This document shows, one piece after another, positions 39,690 to 51,904 of a stretch of 64,000 bases of DNA. The notes beneath the pieces were generated by a model that ran no database searches, was not told the origin of the DNA, and saw only the letters and a program-made list of their open reading frames with translations. The first letter of the stretch is position 1. The number at the start of each line of letters is the position of its first letter. The translations under genes were made by a program, and so were the position numbers. The stretch is from NCBI RefSeq assembly GCF_009914755.1, contig NC_060927.1; one strand, 5' to 3'. The DNA is from the human T2T-CHM13v2.0 reference genome, Homo sapiens.

Positions 39690-42520
39690 AAATTTACATA
39701 CATAATGTGTTATGTAGCTTCATGTGCTTCTTCCTTATTGTTCTTCACTGAATTGTCTATTTCTGAGTTCTGCCCATGATAATAAATGTAAATTCAATTC
39801 ATTATCTCTGACTGCTTTACTTGATTCTAACATTTGCTTATACCATATTTTACTTATCTATTTTTCAATTGAAAGGCATTTAAGCTGTCTCAAATTCTTG
39901 CTATTTCAATCAATGCTAAAATGAATATCTTCGTATATGTCTTTTTGTAGATTTGCAAATGATTCTTCTAGGCATTACCAGAAGTGGAATTGTTTGATAA
40001 TTTAAAACATTTCCTAAATGTAGTCTAGAACGGCCATAAAAATTTACATTTCTACAAGCAATGCATGAGGGCTATTTTTTCCACAATCTCAACAAAAATT
40101 TATGTCATTAAATGTAGATTATTGACTTTCTGGTGGATATAAAATCAGATCTCATTACTATATGTATTCCTCGAGTTTGTCTTAAAGTTATTCTCCGGAT
40201 TAATGGTAATTGATATCTTTACAATGTTAAGTCTTCCTATATTTGTATTTTATATCCTTACATATTTTCATAAAGATTTTATTCAGTTTTAGGTTACTGT
40301 TCAATTTTTGTCAACAGTAATTGTTATTCTAAAACAAACTCTGAGAGCTACTTTTTGTAGCTGTGGAAAATACTATCTTATTTTCTTGTAAACACAAATA
40401 GAAAATATTTGCACTAATTTTCCCCTTCATTATATCCCTGACTACCTTGTTGAACTCAGTATATCTAATAAGTTATGGCTTGTGTTATGTTTTCTACATA
40501 AAATTATCATAGCCCTCATTATTTTATATCATTGCCTTGGCTAGATCTTCAACATCTTGTAGCAAATTAGTAATCAGCTGGTACACTCCACGAAACTGCT
40601 TTGCATTCTGATTGGTTGGCATTTATTCTGGACACGTTTTTAAATATTTTGAATGTTACCCCTGAAGAGATTAATCTTTATTTTGTTTTCAACTCTAAGT
40701 AGAATTCTTCTAAGCTTTTTCCCTTATATAGAATTATACAATTTATAAGTTATGGAGATAACCTTTATCAGATTGAGAAAGTATGGCTTATTCTTCTTGC
40801 CCTAAGATTTTCGAAATAAATAGTTGTTGAACACAATCCAATGCTTTGTACTAATGTGCTTTTCTTTCTTTCTTTTTTTTTGTGGCACCTTATAGGGATA
40901 TATTTTCTGTTGACAAACTACGCGTTTGTTGCTGGGACAAACGGTTCTTAGTTGTGATTTATTATTTTAGTACAATATTGGAATCATTTAGCTAATAATT
41001 TAATTAGAAACTTGGCTCATCTTCACAGGTAAATTGACCTGTATTATTATTATTATTATTATACTTTAAGTTCTGGAATACATGTGCAGAACCTGCAGGT
41101 TTGTTACATAGGTATACACGTGCCATGGTAGTTTGCTGCACCCATCAACCTATCATCTACATTAGGTATTTCTCATAATGCTATCCCTCCCCTAGTCCCC
41201 CAACCCCCAACAGGTCCTGGTGTGTGATGTTCCCCTCACTGTGTCCATGTGTTCTCATTGTTTAACTCCCACTTATAAGTGGGAACATGCGGTGTTTGGT
41301 TTTCTGTTTCTATGTTAGTTTGCTGAGAATGATGGTTTGAAGCTTCACCCATGTCCTTGCAAAGGACACAAACTCATCCTTTTTTATGGCTGCATAGCAT
41401 TCCATGGTGTATATGTGCCACATTTTCTTTATCCAGTCTATCATTGATGGGCATTTGGGTTGGTTCCAAGTCTTTTCTATTGTGAATAGTGCTGCAATAA
41501 ACATACATGTGCATGTGTCTTTATAGTAGAGTGATTTATAACCCTTTGACTATATACCCAGTAATGGGATTGTTGGGTCAAATGATAGTTCTGTTTCTAG
41601 ATCCTTGAGGAATTGCCACACTGTCTTCCACAATGGTTGAACTAATTTACACTCCCACCAGGAGTGTAAAACTGTCCTATGTCTCCACATCCTCTTCAGC
41701 ATCTGTTGTTTCCTGCCATTTTAATGATCACCATTCTAACTGACATGAGATGGTATCTCATTGTGGTTTTGATTTGCATTTCTCTAATGACCAGTGATGA
41801 TGAGCTTTTTCTTCATATGTTTGTTGGCTGCATAAATGTCTTCTTTTGAGAAGTGTCTGTTTATATCTTTTGCCCACTTATTTATGGGTTTGCTTGTTTT
41901 TTCTTTCAAATTGTTTAAGTTCCTTGTAGATTCTGGATATTAGCCCTTTGTCAGATGGATACATTGCAAAAATTTTCTCTCATCCTGTAGGTTGCCTGTG
42001 CACTCTGAAGATAGTTTCTTTTGCTGTGCAGAAGCTCTTTAGTTTAATTAGATCCCATTTGTCAATTTTGGCTTTTGTTGCCATTGATTTTGGTGTTTTA
42101 TTCAAGGCTACACTAACCAAAACAGCATTGTACTGGTTCCAAAACAGATATATAGACCAATGGAACAGAACAGAGGCCTCAGAAATAACGCCACACATCT
42201 ATAACCATCTGATCTTTGACAAACCTGACAAAAAGAAGCAATGGGGAAAAGATTCCCTATTTAATAAATAGTGTTAGGAAAACTGGCTGGCCATATGCAG
42301 AAAACTGAAACTGGACCCCTTCCTTACACCTTATTCAAAAATTAACTCAAAGTGGATTAAAGATGTAAACATAAAATCTAAAACCATAAAATCCCTAGAA
42401 GAAAACCTAAGCAATACCATTGAGGACATAGGCATGGGCAAAGACTTCATGATTGACCTGCATTTTTAATCTGGCACTGTCTTTATCAGTTTTGGATCCA
42501 GATTATACTAGTCTCAAAAA
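39690..42520 (-). mobile_element. old L1ME relic (3' end and ORF2 pieces) interrupted by L1PA7
   Basis: GGCATTTAAGCTGTCTC...AATGCTAAAATGAATATC...CCAGAAGTGGAATTG; CCTTTATCAGATTGAGAAAG; resumes after 42452 with TCTTTATCAGTTTTGGATCCAGATTATACTAGTCTCA. Confidence 0.7.
41046..42451 (-). mobile_element. 5'-inverted L1PA7-like element (twin priming)
   Basis: (TTA)n tail and 3' ~1.05 kb on minus strand to ~42100; inverted ORF2 segment on plus strand 42101-42451; TSD ATTGACCTG(T/C)ATT at 41033-41045 / 42452-42464; the two pieces abut in L1 coordinates (...GACTTCATGA | TAAAACACC...). Confidence 0.96.
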
Positions 42521-42549
42521 ATCAATGACTACTACAACTTATAGAAATA

Positions 42550-42960
42550 ATTATTATATACTTTGGGTGCTTATCATGTTAGGAATCTTCTAGGCACTTC
42601 CTCTGTACAAACTGTGAAATTATGGCATAACCCAATACATCTTAAAGTGAGATCATAGACTTACTTTGAAAATTTTTAACCTATTATCTAGTACTTTATC
42701 ACAATTACTATCATCATTTAATACAGATGACTTATAATATCAACTAACATTAACTACATACTTGAAATCTTCAAAGTCTCACACATTTATTAATTTATAT
42801 ATTCTCCTGAGAATACAACAGCAATGATAGGTAGACACTATTATTAGTCTAAATTTACATAAGGAACACAGTGGATCTGTTGAAGTCGCATAGCTTATAA
42901 TAAATGGCACCAGGATTTGAACCTAGCCAGCCCCTAATTATTATGATACACTGTGCATCA
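42550..42960 (-). mobile_element. MIR fragments
   Basis: TTATTATATACTTTGGGTGCTTATCATGTTAGG; CTATTATTAGTCTAAATTTACATAAGGAACAC...GTCGCATAGC...AAATGGCACCAGGATTTGAACCTAG. Confidence 0.6.
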
Positions 42961-44560
42961 AATAATAATTATTTCTAACAACTTATAAATAAGAGAAAAT
43001 TTCTGCTCTGAGCGAGTTTGATAAAAACCTCATTGTGATAATAATGGTTTGCATTTTTTAAGAAAGTAAAATTACCAGCAGTTTAATTTCTTTAATGGTA
43101 ACTTGTCTCATCAAATATTGCTACAATATTGCCCAGCAGGTTAAAGCACAGGCTTTTATCAAAATAGCTAAGCTGATTAATAACAGAAGCTATCCAAAGA
43201 GAAGTTTTTAGACAGTATGTTTTAGATAAATTGTAGCAAAATAAAACATAATTGTAAATCAAAGCTATAAGAAATAATATAGCCTATATACCATTATTTA
43301 CATCTAATGTTCTTTTAAGATGTTTAATATTTGTTTATAGACTGAAGAAAAATCACTTAAAATTATGCTGTCTGTCCTTCAGTAGTAGTATTATTGAGTT
43401 TCTAAAGTAATTTAGGTGATTATTTTTATTGTCTTATTATAAAAGACTTTTTCCCCTCTGACAGCCAAACTTGTTTTATTTATAATTCAATCTTATAATT
43501 TATATAAATAGAAACTGAAAATGTATAATTTTCAACTAAAAGGTAGTATTTAGATCCCAGGTTCAGTGTTTACCTAAATAAGGGCTAGTCTCTTTCTTTC
43601 GAAGACTGTTTCTCTGCAAGTTTGATCATGTTGATTTATTAAACAACGCCAGAGTAGTGCATAGGGGGGTTATGACAGTGAAAAATTATTTGAAGTGTTC
43701 CATCTATCTTATCAATTTCATTAACCATTATCTCCTGCTGAACTGTAGGACACTTGGTGTCAGGCGGTATGTTTATTGACAACACTTTGGCATTGTGCGT
43801 TTTTCTACTGTAACTGAAACATCTACACTGACTAGAGAGATGAGAAGAAGGTGGCAAGAATTAAGCACAGCTTTGTAAGAAATGTAAAGTGACAAGTGTT
43901 TCCTTAACTTGAGGCGGCTGTAGGACCAAAGCAAATGAACAGGAGGGTGATTTCTATGCTACTCACATACCTTTTAGTAGTAATTAGTGATTAAAATTTA
44001 TGATCTGTATAGTTTTAATTAAAATGGTATTAAGCCTTCTAATATCAGAAACACAAATTAACTCCAAATGCTAATGTAAAGAAATACATTACATCTCACA
44101 TGTGAAATCCCAGGAGTGTGCAATTTTTTTTCCTATCAGATCAGTATCAAATTATCTAATACATATTTTTATATTTTATGTGTATGTTTGAAAGATATTT
44201 AGAAAAAATACAACTGTGTTAACTGAAAGAAACTATGTATAATCCCCATATTATGGAAATTTAATAAATGTTTAATGAATAAATACATGATTTATCAATA
44301 TTTATGTTCTACAAATATTTAAAAATTTATTTATATTTATCTTTTCAGCAAACAAGTGTACAAATCAATAACATATGAAGTAGGCTGAATAATGGCTGTC
44401 AAAGATACACACATCCTAATCGCTGGAACCTGTAACTATTACCTCATATGGCAAAAGGGACTTTGTGGATGTGGTTATTTAAGGATCTTGAAATGGAGAT
44501 AATCCTGAATTTTCCAGAGGAGTCCCCATGCTGTCACAGGGTCCTTATAAGAAGGAGGTA

Positions 44561-45490
44561 TTTTAAATGGTAAAGATCAGTAGCATTTTTACACTTTGCA
44601 CATTGTGTGATTTAAAGCAAAAACTTCAGTGGTATAATCCATGTAACAGTGGAAGTGGCGATAAACTCATAAATTGTATTGCAGCCTTAAGATACAAAAA
44701 AAGATCTTGAGCAAAATGAAATAAAATATTTTTATAAAAGCAAAGAAGAATTTCAGAAAAGCTAGTAAAACCTAATGTTTACTGTTTTGCCATAATAAAA
44801 TTGTTACTTGTTTTAAAGTAAAATATTACATAACCTTATTTTGTGAATGGCAAGTGAAAAGTTTTCACTTTAATGTAGTTATTTTGTTTAAAAAATACTA
44901 ATGTAATTGATATTTTGGCTCACTCATAATGATATCTTAACATTTTTGAATGGATGAATAAGTAAGTTATTAAGAAAATAAAGTCTATGTTGACTACACA
45001 TAATTACAGGATTTGGTTGCGTCCATGCCCAGTAATTAATTCCCAGGAAAAACTTAATTTTGTGGTAACTGCTACTGATTTTATAATTATGAAAATACGT
45101 TAAGCAGTGTTTTATTTATTTAGCAAACACAGTCATAGGTAAATGTTATTTTTTAATTATTTATTTATTTTGAATTATACATAATAGATGTACTTTTTTG
45201 GGGTAATACATGTGATAATTTGTTACATTCACATAATTTGTAAAGATCAAATCAGGGTAACTGGGACCTTCTCTATTAAAAATATTTTTCTCCTCTGCTA
45301 TAGCCATGCCATGTGTTTATGAAATGGATTTGTGAATACCTAAACCATTGTTTTTTGCCATTTCAATAATAATGCATATAGTTGTATGATTATTCCATGA
45401 GGATGTCTAAGGAACAAAGAATAGCCATTCCATGAATTATTCATTTGCTGGCTAAAGGTATAATAAAACAATTTATTGCTGCAAAAAAAT
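44561..45490 (+). pseudogene. retroposed polyadenylated non-repeat sequence (3'UTR-like processed fragment or orphan L1 3' transduction)
   Basis: AATAAA at 45462-45467, A7 remnant at 45483-45489, TSD AGAAGGAGGTA (44550-44560) / AGAAGGAAGCA (45491-45501); interrupts an otherwise contiguous LTR. Confidence 0.7.
45147..45270 (-). mobile_element. L1MA (L1MA3-like) 3' end fragment
   Basis: ATACATAATAGATGTAC...GGGGTAATACATGTGATAATTTG...TGTAAAGATCAAATCAGGGTAACTGGGA. Confidence 0.75.
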
Positions 45491-46136
45491 AGAAGGAAGC
45501 AGTGATCAGAGGGATAGAAGTTTATGTTATAAGGAAGCAGAGAGAGGTTTGAAGATGCTAAGCTGCTAACTTTGAAGATGAAGAAAACATCCCAACCCCA
45601 CTCTTGTGGACTAAGGAATGCAGCAAATGCAATTCTAGAAGCTGAAAAAGGCAAAGAAACGGATTCTCTCCAAGAGCCTCCTGAGCTAGCACAGTCCTTC
45701 CAACAATTAGTTTTGGTCCATTAAAACCCATTTCAGATTTCAGACCACCAGGACTATAACATAATTTTGTTGTTGTTGTTCTAAGCCATGAAATTTGTGG
45801 TAATAGGTAACAGTGGCAACTAGAAAGCTAATATATCACCTTATAAATAATGGAAGATATATCCACAATTGCAATTTTATCATAGCAAGTCTAGATTAGT
45901 TTGCAAACACTTTTTCTACTTTCTCAGCTTCCATTCACTTCTCAGTTCTTAATAATATATTTGTTCCTTCTCCTCAGTCCTGTTTTAATTTTTAGTTATT
46001 TCAAATGGTTTGCCAGGTTCTGTGACAAGGTTTAAGATATAATAAATTTACTAAGCTATGATCTCTGTTTCACAAGACTAACAAAGAGTTACAGGAAAAA
46101 TGAAACAAAACCACAAAGTTAAGAACTACTTGCTAG

Positions 46137-46440
46137 AGTTGCCTGGTCCAATGCAGTAGTCACTAGCCAGATGTGGCTACTGAACATTTGAAATGTGGCT
46201 AGTTTGGATCAAGATGTGCTGTAAGCATAAAATAAGTACATACATGATTTCAAAGACTTAAGTACCAAAAAAAGTAATACATTTCAGTAACTTTTATATT
46301 GATTACACATTACAATAATATTTTGGAGATAATTGGCTAAATAAAATATATTATTATCTTTTCTTGTTTCTTTTAATTTTTTAATGGGGCTAGGGATACT
46401 TAAAATTATGTATGTGGCTTATTTCTACTGAAGAGTGCTG
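46137..46440. mobile_element. MER33 hAT-Charlie element
   Basis: GTCCAATGCAGTAGTCACTAGCCAGATGTGGCTACTGAACATTTGAAATGTGGCTAGT...ATTTCAAAGACTTA...TATGTGGCTTATTTCTACTGAAGAGTGCTG. Confidence 0.85.
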
Positions 46441-46473
46441 ATCTAGATTACATTCTTTGAGAGTGCAGGGGTC

Positions 46474-47226
46474 TGTTATGGGTTGAACTGTGTCCCCTCA
46501 AAACTTATATGTTGAAGTACTAATCTCCAGTACAACAGAATGTGACCGTTATTTGGAAGTTGGGTTTTGCAGATGTAGTTAATTAAGATGAGGTCACCTG
46601 GGTGTGCACTATACTACTGTGACTGTTGCCCTTAATAAAATGGAAATTTAGCTGAGTGTGATGGCTTGCATCTATAATCCCAGCACTTCAGGAAGCCAAG
46701 GTGGGAGGATTGCTTGAGCCCAGCAATTTAAGAACAGCCTAGCCAATATATGGAGACCTTACCTCTACTAAAAATTTTTTTAAAGCCTGGTGTGGTGGTG
46801 GGTACCCTTAGTTCCAACTTCTCAGGAGGCTGAGGTGAGAAGATCTCTTGAACCTGAGAAGTCAATGCTGCAGTAAGCCATGATCATGCCACTGCATTTT
46901 TTGTCTCAAAATAATAATAATAAGTTAATTAAAAATCAAAAGGGAAATTTGGACCCAGAGATAGTCAAAGTGGGATATACCATGCAATACAATGTAAAGA
47001 TGAAGGCAGAAATAGGCTCAATGCATGTACAAGTCAAGCAAAGATTGCCAGAAAACCATAAGGAGCTGAAGGAGAGGCATGAAACTGATTCTTCTTCACA
47101 ATACTTCAAATTAACCCATCATGCTAATACTTTGATTTCAGACATTTACCTCCAGATCTGAGACAATAAATTTCTGTCGATGCTGCTGATTATAATGCTG
47201 TTGATTATATGGTACCTAACGATGTC
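46474..47226 (+). mobile_element. MLT1B-like LTR with AluJ insertion
   Basis: TGTTATGGGTTGAACTGTGTCCCCTCAAAAC...AAGATGAGGTCA...GATTTCAGACATTTACCTCCAGATCTGAGACAATAAATTTCTGT. Confidence 0.85.
46650..46935 (+). mobile_element. AluJ
   Basis: GGGAGGATTGCTTGAGCCCAG, GCTGCAGTAAGCCATGATCATGCCACTGCA; TSD AAAATGGAAATTT / AAAAGGGAAATTT. Confidence 0.88.
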
Positions 47227-47351
47227 ATTTCTAGCAGAGTAATACAGGGATCTTTTTCAGAATAATGTATTTAGTTATGCAAATAAAATGTATATTGCTA
47301 TAAAGAAAACAATAAAGAAATATTTGAACTAAAAAGATATTATGAGTAACA

Positions 47352-47775
47352 TGTATTAGTTCTTTTTCACACTGCTATAAAGAACTTCCCTGAGACTGGG
47401 TAATTTATAAAGGAAGGAGGTTTAACTGACTCACAGTTCCACATTGCTGGGGAAGCCGCAGGAAACTTAGAATCATGGCAGAAGGTGAAAAAGAAGCAAA
47501 GCACCTTCTTCACAAGGCTTCCTTTTTCAGCTTCCTTCACCTTCCTCCTTCAGCAGGAAGGAGAAGTGCAGAGTGAAGGGAGAAGGTTCCCTCATAAAAC
47601 CATTATATCTCCTGAGAACTCACTCATTATCATGAGAACAGCATAAGGGAAACGGCTCCCATGGTCCAATCACCTTCCTCCCTTGACACGTGAGGATTAC
47701 AGGTCCCTGCCTCAACACGCGGGGGCTACAATTCAAAATGAGATTTGTGTGGGAACTCAGAGCCAAACCATATCA
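47352..47775 (-). mobile_element. THE1D/MSTA-like MaLR solo LTR
   Basis: TGTATTAGT...CACACTGCTATAAAGAAC...CCTGAGACTGGGTAATTTATAAAG...AGAGCCAAACCATATCA; 5-bp TSD TAACA/TAATA. Confidence 0.92.
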
Positions 47776-47849
47776 TAATATGTATGCTTCTTTATTAACA
47801 CATTTTATAAAAAGACCTTCTGTGACTTCTATTGTCTTCCTCTGTCATT

Positions 47850-48490
47850 ACCTTTTCCGTAACATTGGATTCTACATATGACTCATTCATTCCTAGAAGT
47901 ATTTTTTTCTTTAGCTTTGCCGATTGTAGTCTATTCTGGTTCTCTGTTTCCTCATCTCTCACTTGGCCTTCAAATACGGGAAATTTTAAGGGTTCTATCT
48001 TCACACCTTTTCTTTTCTCCCTGTTAGACCCTATTTCATGAACTACTTTCTGATGACTCTTCCATCCTGACTTATCTTCTGAAATCCAGAAAATATTCTT
48101 AACTGGACATTTCCACTTGTATTTCTAACAGGGATCTCATGTTCAACTTTGCTTCTATTTTAAAGTGTCAATTAGGCAAAGATTTATAGTTGTTAGGAGC
48201 AGAATCCATTTAAGTATACTGCTCTCTTTATTTCACTTGCCACATTCAATTGGTGCTATCAGTTTTATATCATAACTTTTAAAGTTTTAATAAATATTCT
48301 TTTCTCCTGGCATCACTTTAGCATAAACATTTTTTTGTTGTTTGTTTCATACTTGGGTTATTGAAAGCACCTACCTCCTGGATCCCCAAACTCCAAATTT
48401 AGAGTCTCTGGAGAGTCATTTAGAAATGCAAATATGATAAAGTCACTATCTTGCTTCCAAAAATTTACCATTTTCTCCATATTCCGAACC
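47850..48490 (+). mobile_element. L2 relic
   Basis: TGATGACTCTTCCATCCTGACTTATCTTCTGAAATCCAGA...ACTGGACATTTCCACTTGTATTTCTAACAGG; AAATGCAAATATGATAAAGTCACT. Confidence 0.65.
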
Positions 48491-48559
48491 CACTGTCATG
48501 CCTAATGCCCAGACTTCATTAAGTAATCCACAAAACACAAGACATTTGAACATCTAACA

Positions 48560-50780
48560 GCCCTGACTCCCTGAAACATGTAGATTGTGAAAAGACAGGT
48601 TAAAAGGCTGGGAGATGGGGAATCTTTGAGTCCTGGGAGGTCACAGGGGCACCTATAGTGTGGAATAACAAACTGCGATCAATTACTGAAGGTAAAAATA
48701 ATCTGTTATTTATAAAAGGTATGTGCAAACTCCAGGCAGCTGCTTTACTGGATACATAAGAAAATGACAAACAAGAAGAAAAAAAGAAAAAAAAAAGAGA
48801 GAAAGAAAGAAAGGAAGAAAGGGTGAAATATTCATACCCTTGGTTATTGCTATCTGTAGTAGTAGCTAAAATGAAATTAAGGGAGAGTGATGAGGAAAAT
48901 AGTGGCCTGGGCCAAGCTGAATTCCAGCCAGCCTGTGCTACAGCCCCTAGTCTCAGACCCTCTTCCAAAGGGAAATGTTATGCTGAAATAACACATTGCA
49001 ATAGTTAGAATAATTCAAAAGAGAATGAGATAAACAATGAGGAAAGATAAAAGGGAGGAAAAGGGGAAAGACTCCTCCCAGCAGAGTTGAAATAATTAAA
49101 TGGTTATTAAGAAGTAAAATGCATAAAGCAGACATTGATAAGGGTTAAAAATACTTAATGCAACACTTTTGGAAGTTGGGTGGGCTGATAGGATCTCTTG
49201 TTAGTCCATAGTGTTAAAGAGCCAAAACAAATACGCTGTATTCAACCTAGTATGGGTGAAATTTTTAAAAACTGGAAGGCAAAGATGACATGAAAAACCT
49301 GTCCTCAAAAACTTAGGACAATGGTCCCACAATCTAGTCACTATAAAGATTGATTAAATAGTCAGTGTCCTTCACCTCAATGCCCAGTTGGGTACTCAAG
49401 GCCATCTGCACTTGAGTGGGTACAATGGTCAGTCAGTACATGGAAAAGAGATGTTACTAGGACTCCTTCTCATGGGAACTCCATGCACTGTGGTTCCCAA
49501 ACGTGATAAATTCCTACCAGGGACTAAAGTTAGGTTGGGAGGACCTAAGAAGAATGCAAGGGTTGATAGGATTAAGTTGAAAATTGGATGAAAAGTTGAT
49601 ATATTTAAGCAGATTTTATGCAAAATGCTTTCCTCTTTTTATCTGGATGTATTATGGAAATGGATTATGACTGGAGAACACTTTACCTAGTACTATGAAA
49701 CAGAAGGTGTGTAACAGACTTAATTGGATATGCTAAATGGAAACCAATAAGATTGCCACACAAATTAACAACTTGTGTGGACAAGGTTAGAATGTCAGCA
49801 TCTTGTTGTTTTATTTGGACTTGGTGGGACACATATTTTATAGGTGAGAATAGTTGCTAAATCTTGTAGATAAAACCACTTGAAAAGAGTCTCAGAGTTC
49901 TGGGCAAAAGCCTGTGGGCACAACCCAGCATTAACTGCTGGGATTTCAGATTCCAGTATTTCCATTAGAGTGGCAAGTATTAGCTTGCTATCAGACATTA
50001 ATTGAAACTGCCCCTATGTAAATGATGTAAAATAATATTGAAACCTGAAATAAACATTATCTGGGGTGATGTCAATAAAGCAGTCCAATGGGCAGGATAG
50101 TAAGTAATTGGAACTGTTTCATGATAAGATGGAAATGGTTTGTATAGAAACATAGTCCCAAAGGAATGTCAAAAAAAATTATTCAATGTATTCAGAAGCT
50201 GGTAATCTATTTTCCTGTAAGACCGGCATTCTAATCACCTGGGGATCTGCCTGATCGGATTGCCATTTACATAGCTCTCCATGACCACAAACGGATGGCT
50301 TGGTTTATGGACGGCACTTCCAAGTGAAAGAGCAGCATCTTGTTTGGAAGGCTAACTACTCTGATCAAAGAAAGTAAAAGTAGACTAGCCTGGTGGGCTA
50401 AAAACTGCCTGCTGCTTGGCCCTATGGTTGAGTTTTTATTGACTCATGGCCAATGAGCAGCCCATGGCATGGTCATATGCTCAAGCAGAAAGGCAATGTA
50501 AAAGTGTCCTATTAAAGGGTTGAGATCATATGGGGAATGGTCCTATGGAAATAACTTTTGGAATTTGAGGAGTGAATTGAAGTAGGATATGCTGATTTTC
50601 ACTGAAGGAACCCTATTCCGGAATGAAAAATTGATAGAAGCCAGTGAGTAGACACCCTGATGTGCTTGCTTCAGGGGTCACCTGGATTTTTGAAACGAGT
50701 TAACCTTAGGGATCTGCATCAATACGGGTATGGACTACGTCTAGACATATTCCTCTTGTACTCTATTAATCATGTCAATA
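48560..50780 (+). mobile_element. decayed class III (ERVL-like) internal region: gag, protease and RNase H relics
   Basis: 49451-49498 MLLGLLLMGTPCTVVP resembles retroviral protease LLDTGA.CT.IP with the catalytic D lost; 50298-50321 AWFMDGTS is an RNase H motif; TTTATTGACTCATGG (FIDSW) near 50435; multiple stops and frameshifts; no flanking LTR recognised. Confidence 0.75.
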
Positions 50781-50799
50781 GATTCTTCCTCATGGTAGT

Positions 50800-51060
50800 T
50801 AATCTCATGATGTGATTATTAATAGTGATTTGTGTTTTTTGTTTTACTTTTATTTTTCATAATAATTTCATATTGGGTTGTATGACTGCTTCAAGAAAAG
50901 AGTTTTGCATTTGTCTTTTTTGAAGCTCTGAGAATTCAACAAGTTTCAAATTATTTTTTATGCTAATCACTCACGTTGACAATCCTTTCACCAGACACGT
51001 AGTGTAAATTTGGATTCTCCACATATGTGTGACAGATTTTTTGTCATGAAATTTTATAAA
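50800..51060 (-). mobile_element. HAL1/L1M-like fragment
   Basis: TTTTATGCTAAT...ACACGTAGTGTAAATTTGGA resembles recalled HAL1 motif; weak. Confidence 0.35.
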
Positions 51061-51073
51061 AATTCCCATGATC

Positions 51074-51360
51074 TGTCTTTTCGGTTGAATTGTGTCCCCC
51101 CAACTCATTCCCAAAATGATGTGCTGATGATCTAACCCTGGTACCTGTGAATGTGAACCTAGTTAGAAGCTGTTTGGAAATGTAACAAAGTTAATATGAA
51201 TTCAGACTGGATTATGAACAGCCCTCAAAGACTGGTCTTCCTACAAGAAGAGAGATTTGGATGCACACAGATATATGTAAGGAAGAAAATCATGTGAGGA
51301 AGGATGCAGATATTAGAGTGATACAGCAACAAAGCAAGGAACGCCAAACCTTTCTGCAAG
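51074..51360 (+). mobile_element. MLT1B/C LTR, 5' portion
   Basis: GGTTGAATTGTGTCCCCCCA...CTAACCCTGGTACCTGTGAATGTGA...TCATGTGAGGAAGGATGCAGATATTAGAGTGAT...GCAAGGAACGCCAA. Confidence 0.75.
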
Positions 51361-51626
51361 AAGCAATTTCAAACTAAACTCTCTCTACTTTTATTTTCAA
51401 TGAAAAATATCTTGGTTTGAAGCACAAGAAGTCTATATTGGTTCAGTACATGGTGGCGTTAAGAGCAGAAAGCTCTCATCTTAAACCCTTCCCTACAAAT
51501 AACCTATGCTGCTTTTATAGAAAAGTATTGATTACTAACATGTCATAAACTATTTTCCTGTAATACTTTACCCTCCTGTCCCTTTTATTAAGATTCTTTC
51601 TTTCCATTCTTATTCCAACTCCTGTG

Positions 51627-51904
51627 TTTTTATTTACTTATTTTTGAGATGGAGTCTAGCTCTGTTGCCCAGGCTAGAAATCTTGGCTCATTGCAACCTC
51701 CATGTCCCGGGTTCAAGCGATTCTCCTGCCTCAGTCTCCAGAGTAGCTGGGACCACAGGCACCCACCACCACGCCCGGCTAATTTTTTATATTGTTCATA
51801 GAGACGGGGTTTCCCCGTGTTATCCAGGATGGTCTCGATCTCCTGACCTCATGATCCACCCGCCAAAGTGCTGGGATTATAGGTGTGAGCCAACTTGCCC
51901 GGAC
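51627..51904 (-). mobile_element. AluSc-like with internal deletions
   Basis: CCAGGATGGTCTCGATCTCCTGACCTCATGATCC; TSD core CCAACTCCT 51615-51623 / 51905-51913. Confidence 0.92.

Larger units (their letters stand above)
44376..45836 (+). mobile_element. MLT1D-like LTR split by a ~930-bp insertion
   Basis: 5' part TAGGCTGAATAATGGC...GGAACCTGT...TGGCAAAAGGGACTTTG...AGGGTCCTTATAAGAAGGAGG to 44560; 3' part from 45491 ...CTTTGAAGATGAAG...CTAGAAGCTGAAAAAGGCAAAGAAACGGATTCTC...TAGAAAGCTAATATA. Confidence 0.85.
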
